Source: Lobosporangium transversale
Lineage: Eukaryota
Length of the DNA stretch: 64,000 nucleotides
Assembly (NCBI RefSeq): GCF_002105155.1
Contig: NW_019029008.1
Coordinates: 372,001-436,000, forward strand
Direction of reading: 5' to 3'
Shown here one piece after another: positions 40,373 through 53,499 of this stretch. The notes beneath the pieces were generated by a model. It worked only from the letters and a program-made list of their open reading frames with translations. It did not search any database and was not told where the DNA came from. A program made the translations under genes and the position numbers. How positions within the stretch are numbered: the stretch's first letter is position 1; every line of letters begins with the position of its first letter.

Positions 40373-42570
40373 TTTATTTGATCTTTTCTCTCATTTTTGC
40401 TTCTTGCTTTCCTTCCTTCCTTCCATTGCGTCTCTTTTGGTTTTTATTTTTTTATTTTTCCTTTATTTTTTATTTTATTTTCATACCCTTTTCTTTTTAA
40501 CTCTATCATCTTTTTCTTTTTCCTTTTTTCCTTTTTTGATTTGTCCTTTTCCATTTTTCTTTTTCTTTCTATCCAGGCATGTTATTTTGTTTGCCAATAT
40601 GGATAGTGTCCGGGTCGTGTGCACTCATCATGTAGCCCGAAATTTTAGTATATGCAGTGCATAAGGGTTCTCATGAATGGGTTGAACATAGACTTGGACA
40701 ATTATTTTTTTGTGTTTTTGTTTCTTTTACTTTTGTAACATCAGTTCTTTTCCCAATTTTGCTTCTTCCTTCACTGATTTTTGCTTTGTGACTTTAGGTT
40801 CCGTGAATTTTTTTTTTTTCTTTTTGTTGTTGATGTGTTTTCTTCTACTTTCGTTCAGTGTATTATTAGAGGTTTTTTTTTCTTTTTTATTCTGTATTTT
40901 TATCCTCCCCGTGTACAGTCCCTTGTTCTCTTTTTCTATATTTTTTGCTATTTTTTTTTTCTTTTTTTTTTTTTGTCTTTAATCCCGATGACATTTTGGG
41001 AAACTTTTTTATTCGATTGAACACTGCGCCCGATCCAACCCTGCTGGGATTTCATGACTGCTTCCCATTTCGTGATTTTCAACACCCCGACATGTGCTGT
41101 CTACAACTTCCAATTCTCTCCTCCCAGCCCTCAAAAACCGAACGCATACAGACCAACCGGCCCATACAAAAAAAAAAAAAAAAAAAAAAAAATCAAAGCA
41201 AGCAAAGCGGAAAAAGACTTGACGAAGGAGTAAAAAATAAGGAGGATGTCGAAGTTTGTGCATTTTTTTATCCCATCTTCGAATAATACCCACTTTAAGC
41301 GATTGCAGCAGCTAATCAACAACACATTTTAACAACCTTTTTTTATTCTTTTTATCAAAAACGTTACGAAAAAATCAATTCACGACTTTCTTTTTTTCAC
41401 GAACCATCCCTGCCTCACCCTTTTCATTCTTTTTCTTTTTCTTCTTTTTATACTCCTTTTTCCTTTTTCTTTAAACAAAACAAAAAAAACAAAAAAGCCT
41501 AAAAAAAAATATAAAAACAAAAAAAAAAAAAAAAAAAAAAAAGAGCCATGATGCATTAGCTAACTCCTTTTTATGGGATTAGGTATTGTTTTCTATGCTT
41601 TTGTATTTTTTTTTTTTTTCTAGGCCGTTTTCATAGAGAAATAAATTTTCACTTTTAGAACGGGTATTGGAATTTGTTTTATGGGCTGATGAGCTGCTTG
41701 GTTTTTTGTTCTGCTCGGCAATGTCTCGTATTGTAATGATAATTCAGAGCTAAGAGCAAAGAGCAAAGGACTAAAGGTGGATGTGGCAGTTAGTAAGAGA
41801 AGACCACGTGGATTTGCTTGTGATGACGCAGAGACACATGTTTATAGGACAGCAAGTTGGCCAATTTATTGGTTAAAAAAAAAAAAAAAAAGAAAATGGG
41901 GTGTGGTGACACTTTGGACTTTTCTTTTTGAGTCGGAGACATAAAATTGCTGTGCATTCCTAGAGCAACGCGCAGCAGGTCTTCATTCCATTCCATTGAC
42001 GAGTCATTTTTTAAAATTTATACGTGTATTTATATATTTTTCCACGGGTGTTCCGAAAAAGTAAAGAGGTTTCGGAGAGGGCATGGCAAGGAACGGAGCA
42101 GGAGGAATAACAGGACAACAACGGGGGAGGGGGGGGGAAGGACAAAGAAGGCTGTATGGTATGGTTATTTAATTAAAATAAACGAATTAAAAGTATTCTG
42201 ATTGAACAGGACGGAGGGGACTTTGAATGTCCTAAGCTTTTTTTTCCGTTGGAAGACGAGAATGGAAATGAAAAGGGAATGTAAAAAAAAAAAAAAAAAA
42301 AAATAGGGTGAGGGATAAATGAAATGAGTGAGAGAGGGATAAAAAAAAATAAAAATGATACGCACGACCCTTGTTTTCGTCTCCATGAAAATGCCTTGCT
42401 GTGTAACGCGATAATGACAACATGACTTTGTACGTCCGATCAAAAAAAAAAAAAAAAAAAAAAAGATTATAAAAGGTGCTCAAACAACTTTTTTCTCTTT
42501 CCTCTTTTTTTTACTCGCTATCCAATTGTTTTCCTTCTCAACTCTCTCACATTCACAAGAATAAAATATA

Positions 42571-43349
42571 ATGCCATTTCCATGTAAGCAATCACTTTTT
42601 TTTTTTTTTTTTTTTTTTACGTGATCAAACATAGCTTTATGAGGCTAAAAAAAAAAAAAAAAAAAAAAAAAAGAATCATTAGCTCTGGTCATCTTACAAA
42701 ACTTTTTTTTTTTAATACCTTCTTTAAAAAGATTCGCGTCAAACTGCATGGATACTACCATCGCTGAAGCATGCTACCCGATCTGGTGCTTCTACAAAAG
42801 GCCTCTTGAGCATGACTTCTAGTCTGGCAGCAAAAGGAAGATTAACAGGAGGAGGAATGATGACTTCAATTCCCAAGAGTCATCAACAACAGCAAATCCA
42901 TCATTTCTCTTCATTTCCCTCTACCCTCTCACTGACATCAGCTTTATCCAAATCTAAAGCCAAAACCCAATCTATGCCCTCTTCATTTTCATCTTCAATC
43001 TTTTCTCTATCTTCGCCATATCAACAACAACAACTCCGCGGCATTAAATCAGTTGGAAAGTGTCAGGGTAAAAAACAAAAAAAAAACGAACAAATGCAGA
43101 CATTTCTTTGATCGTCGTCAACATTACGTGAAACGGTGACTGTGAATAAAAGACGCTAAACATAAAACATCTTTTATGATCTACTCTCTATTCACAATCC
43201 ACTGTCATATCTTTTTTTTTTTTTTTTAAAACAAAAAAAAAAAAAAAAAAATGCAGGTCGTCTCATGATATTGGGATCCGGATGGGGCGGATTCAAATTG
43301 CTACGTGATATGGACAAGAAATCATATGATGTCGTGGCTGTGTCACCCA

Positions 43350-43386
<37 letters not shown>

Positions 43387-44891
43387 AGAGCTTGGATTCT
43401 TCCCCTTGGATGCTCCCCCTGAATGTTCTTCTCCCTTAATATTTATTTACCTTTCTTTTTATTTTATTTTCCGATCTTTAGGAACCATTTCGTGTTCACA
43501 CCATTGTTAGCCAGTACATCTGTAGGCACACTTGAATTCCGATGTATCACAGAACCTGTCCGAGGTTACCGGGATGTGGAATACCATCAAGCATGGAGTG
43601 ATGCCATTGATTTCGAAAAGAGCAAAGTGGACTGCACACTAAACCTACCCAAGGTACCCAGGACCTATATTCACAAATCTCCCACTGAAACACTAGAGGA
43701 TACCAACAAGTTCACATTGGATTACGATCACCTGATCCTTGCAGTTGGATCCTATTCCAACACGTTCAATATCCCCGGTGTTAAGGAACATGCCTATTTC
43801 TTAAAGGAGGTAGCAGACGCCCGCAAGATCCGGGCGCGGGTCTTGGAATGTTTTGAACGAGCAGAGATGTCTCGATCGGATGAGGAAAGGAATGGATTAT
43901 TACATTTTGCTGTTGTCGGAGGTGGACCCACCGGGGTAGAATTCTCTTCAGAGCTACATGATTTCATTCGAGAGGATTGTTCACGATTGTTTCCTGATTT
44001 GATGAACCATGTGACCTTGGCTGTCTATGATGTGGCCCCTACCATCTTGGCCAGCTTTGACAAATCCCTGGCTCAATATTGTATGAACAAGTTCAAACGA
44101 TCTGGAATTGAAGTTCGAACTGGAACAGTGGTTGAGAAAGTCGAGGATGGGAAATTGATTTTGAAGGACGGTAAGGAGGTTCCATTTGGGTGTTTGGTTT
44201 GGTCTACAGGCTTGACAGAGAATCCCTTGACAGCATCCTTGGAAGGAAAAGTACTCAAATCGAAAAACAAGAGGATCTTGACGGACGGTTACTTGAGAGT
44301 CCTAGATCCAAATGGCAAGGTCATTCCCAATGTTTATGCTCTGGGCGATTGTGCAACCATCAAAGGTATCCTCAACAAAAAAAAAAAAAAAAAAAAAAAA
44401 GATTTGTCAACCGAGAAAGGATGAACAAAGTGTATAACTATTTCCATTTCTTTCTAACTTTTTTTTTTTTTTTTTTTTTTTTTTCCTTCCTTCCTTCCTT
44501 CCTTTTACCCTTTACTATAGATCATGAGCTCCCACAGACGGCTCAAGTGGCTAACCAACAGGCTAATTATTTAAGAAAATCGCTCAACAAACTAGCAAAG
44601 AACCCAGAGAAATCATTAGAAGAAGTGGTTCAACCGTTTTCGTTCAAGAATAGAGGATCGATGGCCTATATCGGTAATTGGGAAGCTGTGGTGGACATGA
44701 CCAAGGTCAATGACAATGCCAAGGAATCAGGACGATTGGCTTGGGTCTTTTGGAGATCATCCTATTTGACCATGAGCGTGTCAATGCGAAACAAAATGCT
44801 GATTCCGATGTATTGGTTCATGACTTGGGTCTTTGGACGAGATGTCAGTTCCTTCCAAGAATATGATCGCTTTAAAAAGCTCGATGCATAA
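42571..44891 (+). CDS. Type II (alternative) NADH:ubiquinone oxidoreductase, mitochondrial
   Basis: Micro-exon ATGCCATTTCCAT|GTAAGC at 42571. ILGSGWGG, RNHFVFTPLLASTSVGTLEFR, VVGGGPTGVEF, YALGDCA, LPQTAQVANQQ, GSMAYIG, WRSSYL. Confidence 0.92.
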
Positions 44892-45262
44892 GACAAAAGA
44901 TAAAAAGAAGGAAAAAAAATAAAAATAAAATAATAATAATAATAATAATAATAAAACCATTATAGATGAACAAGATGATAGTTAGAAGAAAAGTTTTAAT
45001 CGAATCATCGCATCAAGCTTTATCAGATAAAGATAAAGTTTAGCAAAGCCGTGGGAATCGTTATTGGAATGGCATTCGACAAAGGATAGAGACGAAGTTT
45101 TTTGATAGGATAGTTGGTCGTTAAGACCTAGATTTTATTTCAACAGTGACAACATATTAATCGTATCCAGCGATTTTTTTTTTTTTTCTCACGGCACCTC
45201 TATTTTATTTAAGACTTCGTTTCCCTTTTTTTCTCAGAAAACTTGAATAGGCTCCAATGCTG

Positions 45263-45300
<38 letters not shown>

Positions 45301-45910
45301 GTATTGATTTTAGTATTTCAGTACCAGTATCGCATACTGATACTGCATACTATATAAAATGACAGAAAATTAGCATTGTACAGTACGTACATAAAATAAC
45401 TGAAAGGCCATTGGCTGGAGAGACACAAACAAACATGCACTTGATACTAACACAAGAATTTGACATTCACAAATAAACATGCAATGATACCATCGCTTAA
45501 GCTGGCCCGCACAAATCCCATGTAAAGAGAACATAACTTGGTATCATGAAAACAGAAATTTAAGATCACTAGTAACGCTATTGTCTTCCAATTAACTCTT
45601 GTCTCTACAGATGCTGTGCTCGTGTTGTTCGTACTCGCAGTTGTCGCATGGCCTCGTCGTACTGCTCTTGAGGTAGCTTTGTGAGGCAGGCCCGGAGAAA
45701 GTGATAAGACCTTGTAACACTCCACCCTCTCTTGACGTTGCTTGGGACCTTGACTAATAATCTCTTAGCTTGTCTTTCCAACTGGCTATTGCAGCCTTCA
45801 CATGTTGGCAACTTTCCCTTATTGGAAACAACGTTGGTGGAGATACTGAATGGATAGTTTTGTCGTGATTGCCGTGGTTGCTTAGAATCTTCACTGGAGC
45901 TTTCTTCACT

Positions 45911-46040
45911 CTCACTTGAATCCTCCCTGCAGCTTTCTTGGCTCTCACTTGAATCCCCCTTGAAACTTCCATGGCCCTCGCCTGAATCACCCTTGGAACC
46001 TCCATGGCCCTCGCTTGAATCCTCCTCCGGGCTTTGACTC
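45911..46040. repeat. 33-bp coding minisatellite, ~4 units
   Basis: Units CTC(A/G)CTTGAATC...(CCATGGCC); minus strand encodes acidic EDSSEGHGGSKGDSGEGHGS-type repeats. Confidence 0.75.
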
Positions 46041-49000
46041 TCAGTTGAACTGTCCTCCGACTTGTCTGCACTAGTAACACTGGGACTACTAGAGACATCA
46101 TCCCCATCTGTTTTGTTGCCAGCTAATTAGTTGTGGGATCTCAGGTACCATACTTGAGTTGGTTGAAAACCTGTAGAGGTGTGCCACGCCTGAAGGCAGT
46201 CGATAATGAGTAGCAGTGGCCATTCAGTAACCTCCATTCGGGAATACACCCGCGTGCCGCTGCAGACTTCCAGAGGTTCCAACGTTCCATCTTCGAGGTT
46301 AAGTGAAAGCATCCGCTTGTGGGATCCCTGAGCCTGCAGTGGCAAAGAACAAGAAGTGTCTTCTTTCTTAGTTGACATGTCAACGCCTTCTTGTTTAATT
46401 TGCCTTGCATGGCTCCTCATGACAAAATAAGAAGCACTTTGTGTCTCTTTCAAATTTCGATTGGGACATCCCACTTCAGAACACGTCGAGTTGAAAATAG
46501 GCTTGAATGCGGTCAAGCCTCGTAAATGATCAGTGAAGCTGCCCTCAACAGAGCCCCATAAATCATGGTCACCTTCTGGTGTTAATCTCAAAGCTTTGTT
46601 GCACCACATCCATCTTGCCTTGGCATGTTTTTGTGATACTACTAGGTTAACGACATCTTCCAGTAGGCTCCCTTGGGAGGTCGCTAAGGTAGCTGCTGAG
46701 TATCGCATGCCAGAAAACCTACGTAATAATACCCAAAGCATAAGAGGAGCGTCTAACGAACATGTATTGGTTGCCTTGAAGCCCTTATATTGGATCTGCC
46801 ATGGTATTGCGAGGTCTTCCCATTCTTCGTCGATCGTTAGCTTGCGGGCTTTGTTCCTACTTCCTTTAGGACGACCTGCTCGACGCTGCTGCTTAAATAT
46901 CTCTGGGAACAGTGTCTTGTTGCAATCTGGCGCGCGACCATCGTTGCTTCGGTCCACTTTTTTTCTCTTTTCAGGACACTTAATGCGATGGTATCTTAGC
47001 GTCGATCCCTTCAAGGCTTGTTTAATATCGCGTTCGATGAGACTTAGGTAGCGGCAGGCGTATTTATACGTATCCCCGACACTCATGCCCTTTTTAGTTG
47101 GTGAGTGGCGCTTAAAATCTCCTCCCAAACTCTCTTGGGCATTTGTATCCTTTGAAAATGTCGAGATGTCGACATTAGAAAGAGATTGGAAAATACACTT
47201 TGCTCTGTTTGGATTCATATACCAATCAATCCACTTTTTTGTCCTTGGGAAAGATTCCACCAAATCCTGAATAAGTTCATGGAACTTTTCTGGCGTGTGC
47301 TTGTCGAGGAGATCTAGGCATTTGCGGTTAAAAACTAACTCTTCTGAAGGCGGGACAACTGCAGAATTCCTCTGCACCCTCATTAAGGACCGACGGAAAT
47401 GGACCTCACAGAACCTGTAGAAGTTCTCCATCTGTATCTCGTGATCATCATCGAGCCTAAAATATTCCCGGACAGCAAGCTCAAACCCTGCGCGTTCTGC
47501 TTCACTGAAGTCACAGACCATTCCGGGCAATCCCTCAGTAAATTCATCGAATCCCTTGAAAGGTAAGTATTTAAACATTGCCAAAAAATGGAATGCTTTT
47601 GTGTTTTCCCAAATAGCATTGACATCACGACTGGCACCGTCCTATTGATCACAAAATTGAATGCGCTGCTGAACGTGATATTGATATTCGCGTAGTGTTC
47701 GTCATGGACAAATGATTCGATGGAGTCGGTCTGCATACAAATATTCATGTTTTGGAGCATTTCCTTCATGAATTCCGCCTGAATAATAATATGAGCTTCA
47801 TTCTCCAATAAGCTGATGGGGCCCATCATCTTATAATCTCGGTCGAATGCTGCCAAAGAGGTGATAGTCCAGGATCACTTAAAGCCATCTAGAATTTTCT
47901 TTCTGTGGTACGCAGTACGACTAAGGTTAGCAAAAGCGCTATGGATCTCCGTGACAGGCTTTCGGGTCTTCGTGCCAATCAACAACTTCTTAGGCTCCGC
48001 CTCTGATGCCATCTTCACCATTTTTTCAAACTCTGCCATTGCCTCTCCAGTCGGCTTGTTCGATGGTGGAGGCTGATGATAGTGGTATCCATGATCCTGG
48101 GCTCTTTCAACATTGCCAATGCGCTCTATATCAATTTTTGCCTGGCATGGAGTATGAATCAGTTGCTGCCTGTGTGTTTTGCATGGAACCTTTGGAGGCG
48201 GAGGGAGCGCGTCTATACTTTTGCTTGTAGGGAGCTTAGGCCTTTCCAGATACCCGCAGCTGTCTACCGAACACTTGTAGACCCCAAGGCACCGCTTCAT
48301 GAAAGTTATTTTGTTTTTTTTTTTTTTGCTTGCGGTTATTGTATACCAGCATGGACCACCCGGACCCACATCCTGGCTTGCGTCGACGATTACTGCACGC
48401 TCCCAAAGTGCTTTCGCCATCTTCGCTATCCGAAGTAGACGCTATAACTTGGTTGTTGCCACTGGTGACGATGTTGAGGTTTGTCTCGTACGCAACCTCC
48501 CCATTTGGAAATTCGAAAGATGATGTGACATTGGGGAAGGCGTTCTATTGAGCACCGACAATACAGGTGTGTTTAATAAGAATCTACTTTTTATTATATA
48601 TCTCTTCCAATACATACACGAGGACTATATTTAAACCTTTGAGGGATATCTACTTCTAGGACGGCAGGATGCCTTTGACTTGTCTAGAGATCGTGAAGGC
48701 AACAATGGTGAAAGGGAAGCTGAGACCCTAGAATGATGAGATGCTTTTGACTTGTCTAGAGAACGTCGAGGCAAAAATGGTGAAAGCGGGGGTGAGAGCG
48801 GTGTTTTCAGATTATACTGCGAAGGGTCGGATATAGGGTGCCTATTCTCCGCAGCCTTTTGTTCGGATGGCAAAGCCTCTGTATTGACGTCCACGCCTGG
48901 CGGTACAAAATGCGAAAGCATATTAGCCGCTGTTGAGTATAGGGACGCTAGCCCTTGATGAAGTGTCTCGGATGGCGGCAGGCGATGAGGGCAGCTGGGA

Positions 49001-49139
49001 AGCGAGCACGGGTACCGGATCGGGTATTGGATAGGATTGTATGGATAGGGCATGTATGCATGTAGGTGTGGGACGTATGAAAACGAAGGCTGAAGCATAT
49101 GATATGGAGACTGCGAGGAAATGTTGTACGGTGGCAAAT

Positions 49140-49310
49140 GTGGCGGTGGGTAATGTAATAGTTGACAATGTGGCTGTGGGTAATGTAATAGTTGACAATG
49201 TGGCGATGGGTAATGTAATAGTTGACAATGCGGCGGCGGACAATGTGGTGGTGGACAATGTGGTGGTAGATAATGATGTGGCGGTGGATAATGTGGCGGG
49301 GGATAATGTG
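49140..49310. repeat. 30/15-bp coding minisatellite (PPHCQLLHY / PPHYP)
   Basis: GTGGC(G/T)(G/A)TGGGTAATGTAATAGTTGACAAT x3 followed by degenerate 15-bp units. Confidence 0.8.
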
Positions 49311-50745
49311 AAGGTGGTAGCTTTGGATATGATGGTTTCGATTCGCTCCTAGAATGAACTGGTGGAGGATTCTCTTGACGAGAGGGTGGAGCATGAGATC
49401 CGCATTGTGGCAAGGATGGTGTGGAATGAGTATTTGATCGCTCGCGACAGAAGTCGGCTTCTTCGCCCGAAGGTGAGTAACTCATTGAAGGCAGAGGTAG
49501 AAAGAAGTGCGGGGAAGTAGTGAGTAAAAGAAAGGAAGTGGAAGTGAAAGAAGAGAATAAACAGAAATCTCGGTCGAGGCGTCTAGAAATGGGATGCCTC
49601 CATGCATTTGCAAGAGTCATATTATCTCAGACCTGCAATTTATTTTGCATGGGATTTGTGCGGGCCATAATTTAGTATCATGAAAACAAGATTTTAGTAT
49701 CATTTTACATAGGATTTGTGCGGGCCAGTTTTTAAGTTAGTATCAGTGCATGTTTGTTTGTGAATGTCAATTCTTGTGTTAGTATCAGTGCATGTTTATT
49801 TATGAATGTCTAGTATCACTTCCATGTGCTCTCAAAAAAAAAAAAAAAATGGGCGCTCGGGGCGGGGATGGAAATAATACTAATATGCACTTACGGGATT
49901 CATCTCCCAAAATGCCTGAGTGCTTCATATATGCATATCCGCGTTCTCAGGATCCATAGAAAACCAGATACTCTATAGTAAAGTCCCTCATTTCGGCTCC
50001 AAACGTGCTAAAGCTTCTAAAGTCGATAAAGCAACCGAAAACATATCTTTCAAAACAGGAAATTGTATTTTTGGGTTAATAATTGAAAATGTTTATATTT
50101 AAAGGCTTGAGAACTAGAGCATCTTGAAGTCAAGGCTTCTATGGAAATTGTCCAGCTTTTAGACAAAATATTGTAGAACCATCAGAATATCTCCAAAACT
50201 TATCAAACTTTCCAAAAAGTAAGAATATGTAGTGCATAATATAATGTACTAAGGGACCATACGTGTTCTTATAAAGGAATCTGAAGTTCCTTAATGAATA
50301 AAGCCAGAAAATCACTAAAAAATGATATATATTTCTCTCTTCAGCTATAAGTAAAGTCTATGGAAAATGCTTGGATTTTGGAAAACTAAGACTCTATACA
50401 AAGCGATGTAACGTATCTATCATATACTGTGTGGAAGAGCACTTTGACGTATTTTTGAGGGAAAGGCAGACACCTTGGCTTGACATTGAACCTCATTTCG
50501 ACCATTTTATAACCTTTAAACGGCAATAATTCCATAAATACTTTAAGGATTAAGATCAAAACATCCTTACTATGTAAGTACCAAAGCCTTATATCCCCGA
50601 TACCTCATCCATTTTTCTATAATCGATATACATCCAGCAATAGGCTATTTTACTATTTGCGATAATCTAGCTGTCGAAGTCTTGTAAGTCCATTAATTTT
50701 GTGCGGCAAACTTAATTTCTAATTTTAGACCAGGAGAGAAAAACG

Positions 50746-50864
50746 CAGAGGGTCAAGCTTGTCGCACTTTTTGGTTAGTCCTTCTCAATTATAAGAATTT
50801 TGTTAAGTAAACCATTTATATTTGAAGGTGTCTAGCCAAAAAGAGCGACAAGCTTGACCCTCTG
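50746..50864. mobile_element. 119-bp MITE, copy 2 (inverted relative to copy 1)
   Basis: CAGAGGGTCAAGCTTGTCGC...GCGACAAGCTTGACCCTCTG is a perfect 20-bp TIR. Internal sequence is the reverse complement of 3956-4074 with few changes. Confidence 0.85.
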
Positions 50865-52674
50865 ATTATTTGTGTTTCTGGCACAGATGCTTCGTTTTTG
50901 GATTGTATTTCTATAGGTCTGTTCGGACGTTTACCTGGTTCTGATCATAATAGCAAGTATAAATAATTCGGTTAATACCGTTCTCAGTTAGTTTGTGAAA
51001 AAAGCACAATTTGTTTATGTGTGAAGAATTCGACAACAGGTTTTGTGGACACTTTGCAATTGTGGAAAGGGATTTGTATATCGTTTGCCAGACATCTTTC
51101 CCGTGACATGCATCTAAAGAGTGACAACTTTAAAATCTGTACACTCTTTTTTTTTTTTCTTCTTTTTTTTTGCATTAGTAACGAAATGAGTCATTTCTGC
51201 CGCAAATCCCTCAATACGCAACTCACTGTTATATAAAGTCTAAGGAAAGAAGGGAAAAGTAGGTAATAGAGACGAAAGAGGGAGAGGGAGGAAGGTTAGG
51301 AATGAGCCTGTTCTGCAAACGTGTCCTCAAGGTATGATGACCAGCTTGGCTACTATATCTCTATCAGGCAATCCTTCTAGTCGTCCTCAAGAGCCTTCCT
51401 TATTTTAACGGAGGAAGCGAAATCTTTTTTTTTTTTTTTTTTTTTTTTGCAAGCTAAATCTCCATTGACCCTGACTTTAAAGTCGCTTTGAACATGGATC
51501 GAGTACAATAGGCATGTCTTCTACCCCTCGATCCGCCAACCTTGTATTCTCAATATTACGATTAAACTCGACCTTTAGTGTGGATCGATACCCAAGTGAC
51601 GATAGATCCGAGGACATGCTCCCGCAGTGTGCCCCAACCATCCTTTCATTCACCATCAACCAAAACAAGCCAATGGGACCTGGAGAGCTTCTCCTCTGTT
51701 CAACATCGTTGGAGGAGGAGGATATACTTTTTAAAGCCTTCCACTCAACTTTGATCCACCAGCGGGTTGCAAAAGATCTAAGACGTTTCACAAGGCAATT
51801 GCAGACATACTATCCTTAGCCCATCTAAACACAGGAGCGCCTTGCCAACTGGGGCCGCTGTAGAACCAGATCCAGACTAGCCGCCGGCATGTGAAGAATT
51901 GCTGGGGGGTAGTACTCTATTAAATATTATGGTTCGATCCCACTGTCGATCCTGAATAGAAATGGCACTATTAGGGTACGGGGTTTGGCGGACTAGAACA
52001 AGTCTCGCGCCGTCATGAAGCGAGATTTGTATAACAAGCGGATGTGAGGTTTCGTGTGGGATATTCACTCAATTTGCCAACTGTTACACTACAATGAAGC
52101 GCTCAGAATTTACGCGTGGCGAAGCCATAATTTGCAGACGCGTCCACACATCCCTTTTTAATATGTGCTCAACCTAGCCAATCGCGATAGAATCACGGTA
52201 GGCTCATCAAGGCTTTGTACTGAATTTATTATGAGTAAGGGCCACAGGCCTTAGATATGTCATTGACCTTGTAGCTTGTACATGCACAGTTTCAGCACTA
52301 CATTTACTTTAACAAGGGTCAGCTTGCTTCAGTCCAGAACATGCTCTGTCCTTAGTCCGTGGCTATCCAGAGTACCTTGCAGTTTCCAACATCCTATTCA
52401 TTTAAGGGCATCTGCAAGGGCTTATTCTTCTAAAGTTGATATTAACGTTAGTATCACCATCTTCAAAGTAGAGTAACATTAGTTTTATTTCATAAATAAT
52501 AGCAACATGACTACTTGAAGCAACACTACTCTGCTTGCTTGCGCTAATTAGAAAAAGAAGAAGAAGAAAGACGATCTTTAGAGCTATTTGTACTTCGATA
52601 TTAGGTGCATGGTAAATAGAATAAAAGGAATAAAGGTAGTAAGAATAACAAACAGGTAATCGCAATGGGTTTTG

Positions 52675-52912
52675 GCTCAGAATGCATTGTCTCATCATCC
52701 CCAGTCCTATGCCATTTGGTCGCGAATATGTTTTTCCCTGATAATTGTGTAGCTGCAAGCGGTATTTGCCAAAGTTATATGAGGTTACAATATGTACTGG
52801 GTTTGAGCTAGCAATTATATACGGCTAAAACATATTCGTGGCAAATAGCGAGGCTTATGGTCAGAGTGACGGTAACTGCGGGTTATCCGTCTGGTATTCA
52901 TCATTTTAGAGC
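52675..52912 (-). ncRNA. Putative box C/D RNA, unit C (left arm)
   Basis: Minus strand: ATGATGA near the 5' end, short hairpin, CTGA, long hairpin, ATGATGA, 11 nt, CTGA-GC at the 3' end. Confidence 0.5.
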
Positions 52913-52954
52913 CCAATGCTAGACCTAAAGAATGAAAAAGTTAAAGGGGTTTAA

Positions 52955-53157
52955 AAATAAAAAATAAAATTAAAGAAAAAAAAGAGAGAAAAGAAAAGAA
53001 AAGAAAAAGAAAAACAAAAGAAAAAGAAAAAAAAAACAAAAGAAAAACAAAAGAAAAACAAAAGAAAAACAAAAGAAAAACAAAAGAAAAAACAAAAGAA
53101 AAACAAAAATAAATAATAAAAGAATAATAAAAGAGAAAATAAAAAAATAAAAAAAAC
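52955..53157. repeat. A-rich simple repeat, (AAAAGAAAAAC)n, between units C and B
   Basis: Repeated AAAACAAAAG(A) units; T-rich mirror at ~63553-63755. Confidence 0.8.
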
Positions 53158-53170
53158 CAGGTGGGGCCTT

Positions 53171-53408
53171 GCTCAGAATGCATTGTCTCATCATCCCCAG
53201 TCCTATGTCATTTGGTCGCGAGTATGTTTTTCCCCGGTAATTGTGTAGCTGCAAGCGGTATTTGCCAAAGTTATATGAGGCTATAATATGTACTGGGTTT
53301 GAGCTAGCAATTATATGCGGCTAAAACATATTCGTGGCAAACGGCGAGGCTTATGGTCAGAGTGACGGCAACTGCGGGTTACCCGTCTGTGTATTCATCA
53401 TTTAGAGC
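53171..53408 (-). ncRNA. Putative box C/D RNA, unit B (left arm)
   Basis: Same C, D', C', D layout; mirror of 63301-63538. Confidence 0.5.
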
Positions 53409-53499
53409 CCAACGCTAGTCCTAAAGAATAAAAGATAAGGGGAGAACTGAAGGATAAAAAAGTTAAAATAAAAAAAAATAAAAGAGCCAAGTGGCCCTT

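Larger units (their letters stand above)
45605..49485 (-). pseudogene. GCM-domain MULE-type transposase pseudogene
   Basis: Pro-rich first exon, then GCM-like motifs, MQTDS, MVCDFSEAERAGF, FCEVHF (CxxH), DTNAQES and AT-hook GRPKGSRNK. Lesions: frameshift in the A-run ~48313-48327, in-frame TGA 47875-47877, frameshift ~47585. Confidence 0.75.
45421..49811 (-). mobile_element. Mutator-like (MULE) DNA transposon, decayed
   Basis: Degenerate ~105-bp inverted repeats 45421-45526 vs 49703-49811 (core GGATTTGTGCGGGCCAG; GTGAATGTCAA(A)TTCTTGTGTTAGTATCA) enclose a disrupted transposase. No TSD seen; ends approximate. Confidence 0.75.

Noticed and set aside
51480..52000. Protein-like minus-strand remnant (FFTCRRLVWIWFYSGPSWQGAPVFRWAKD; SRSHWLVLVDGE)
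   Set aside because: Probably a pseudogene fragment, but interrupted by stops and frameshifts, and I cannot name a family.
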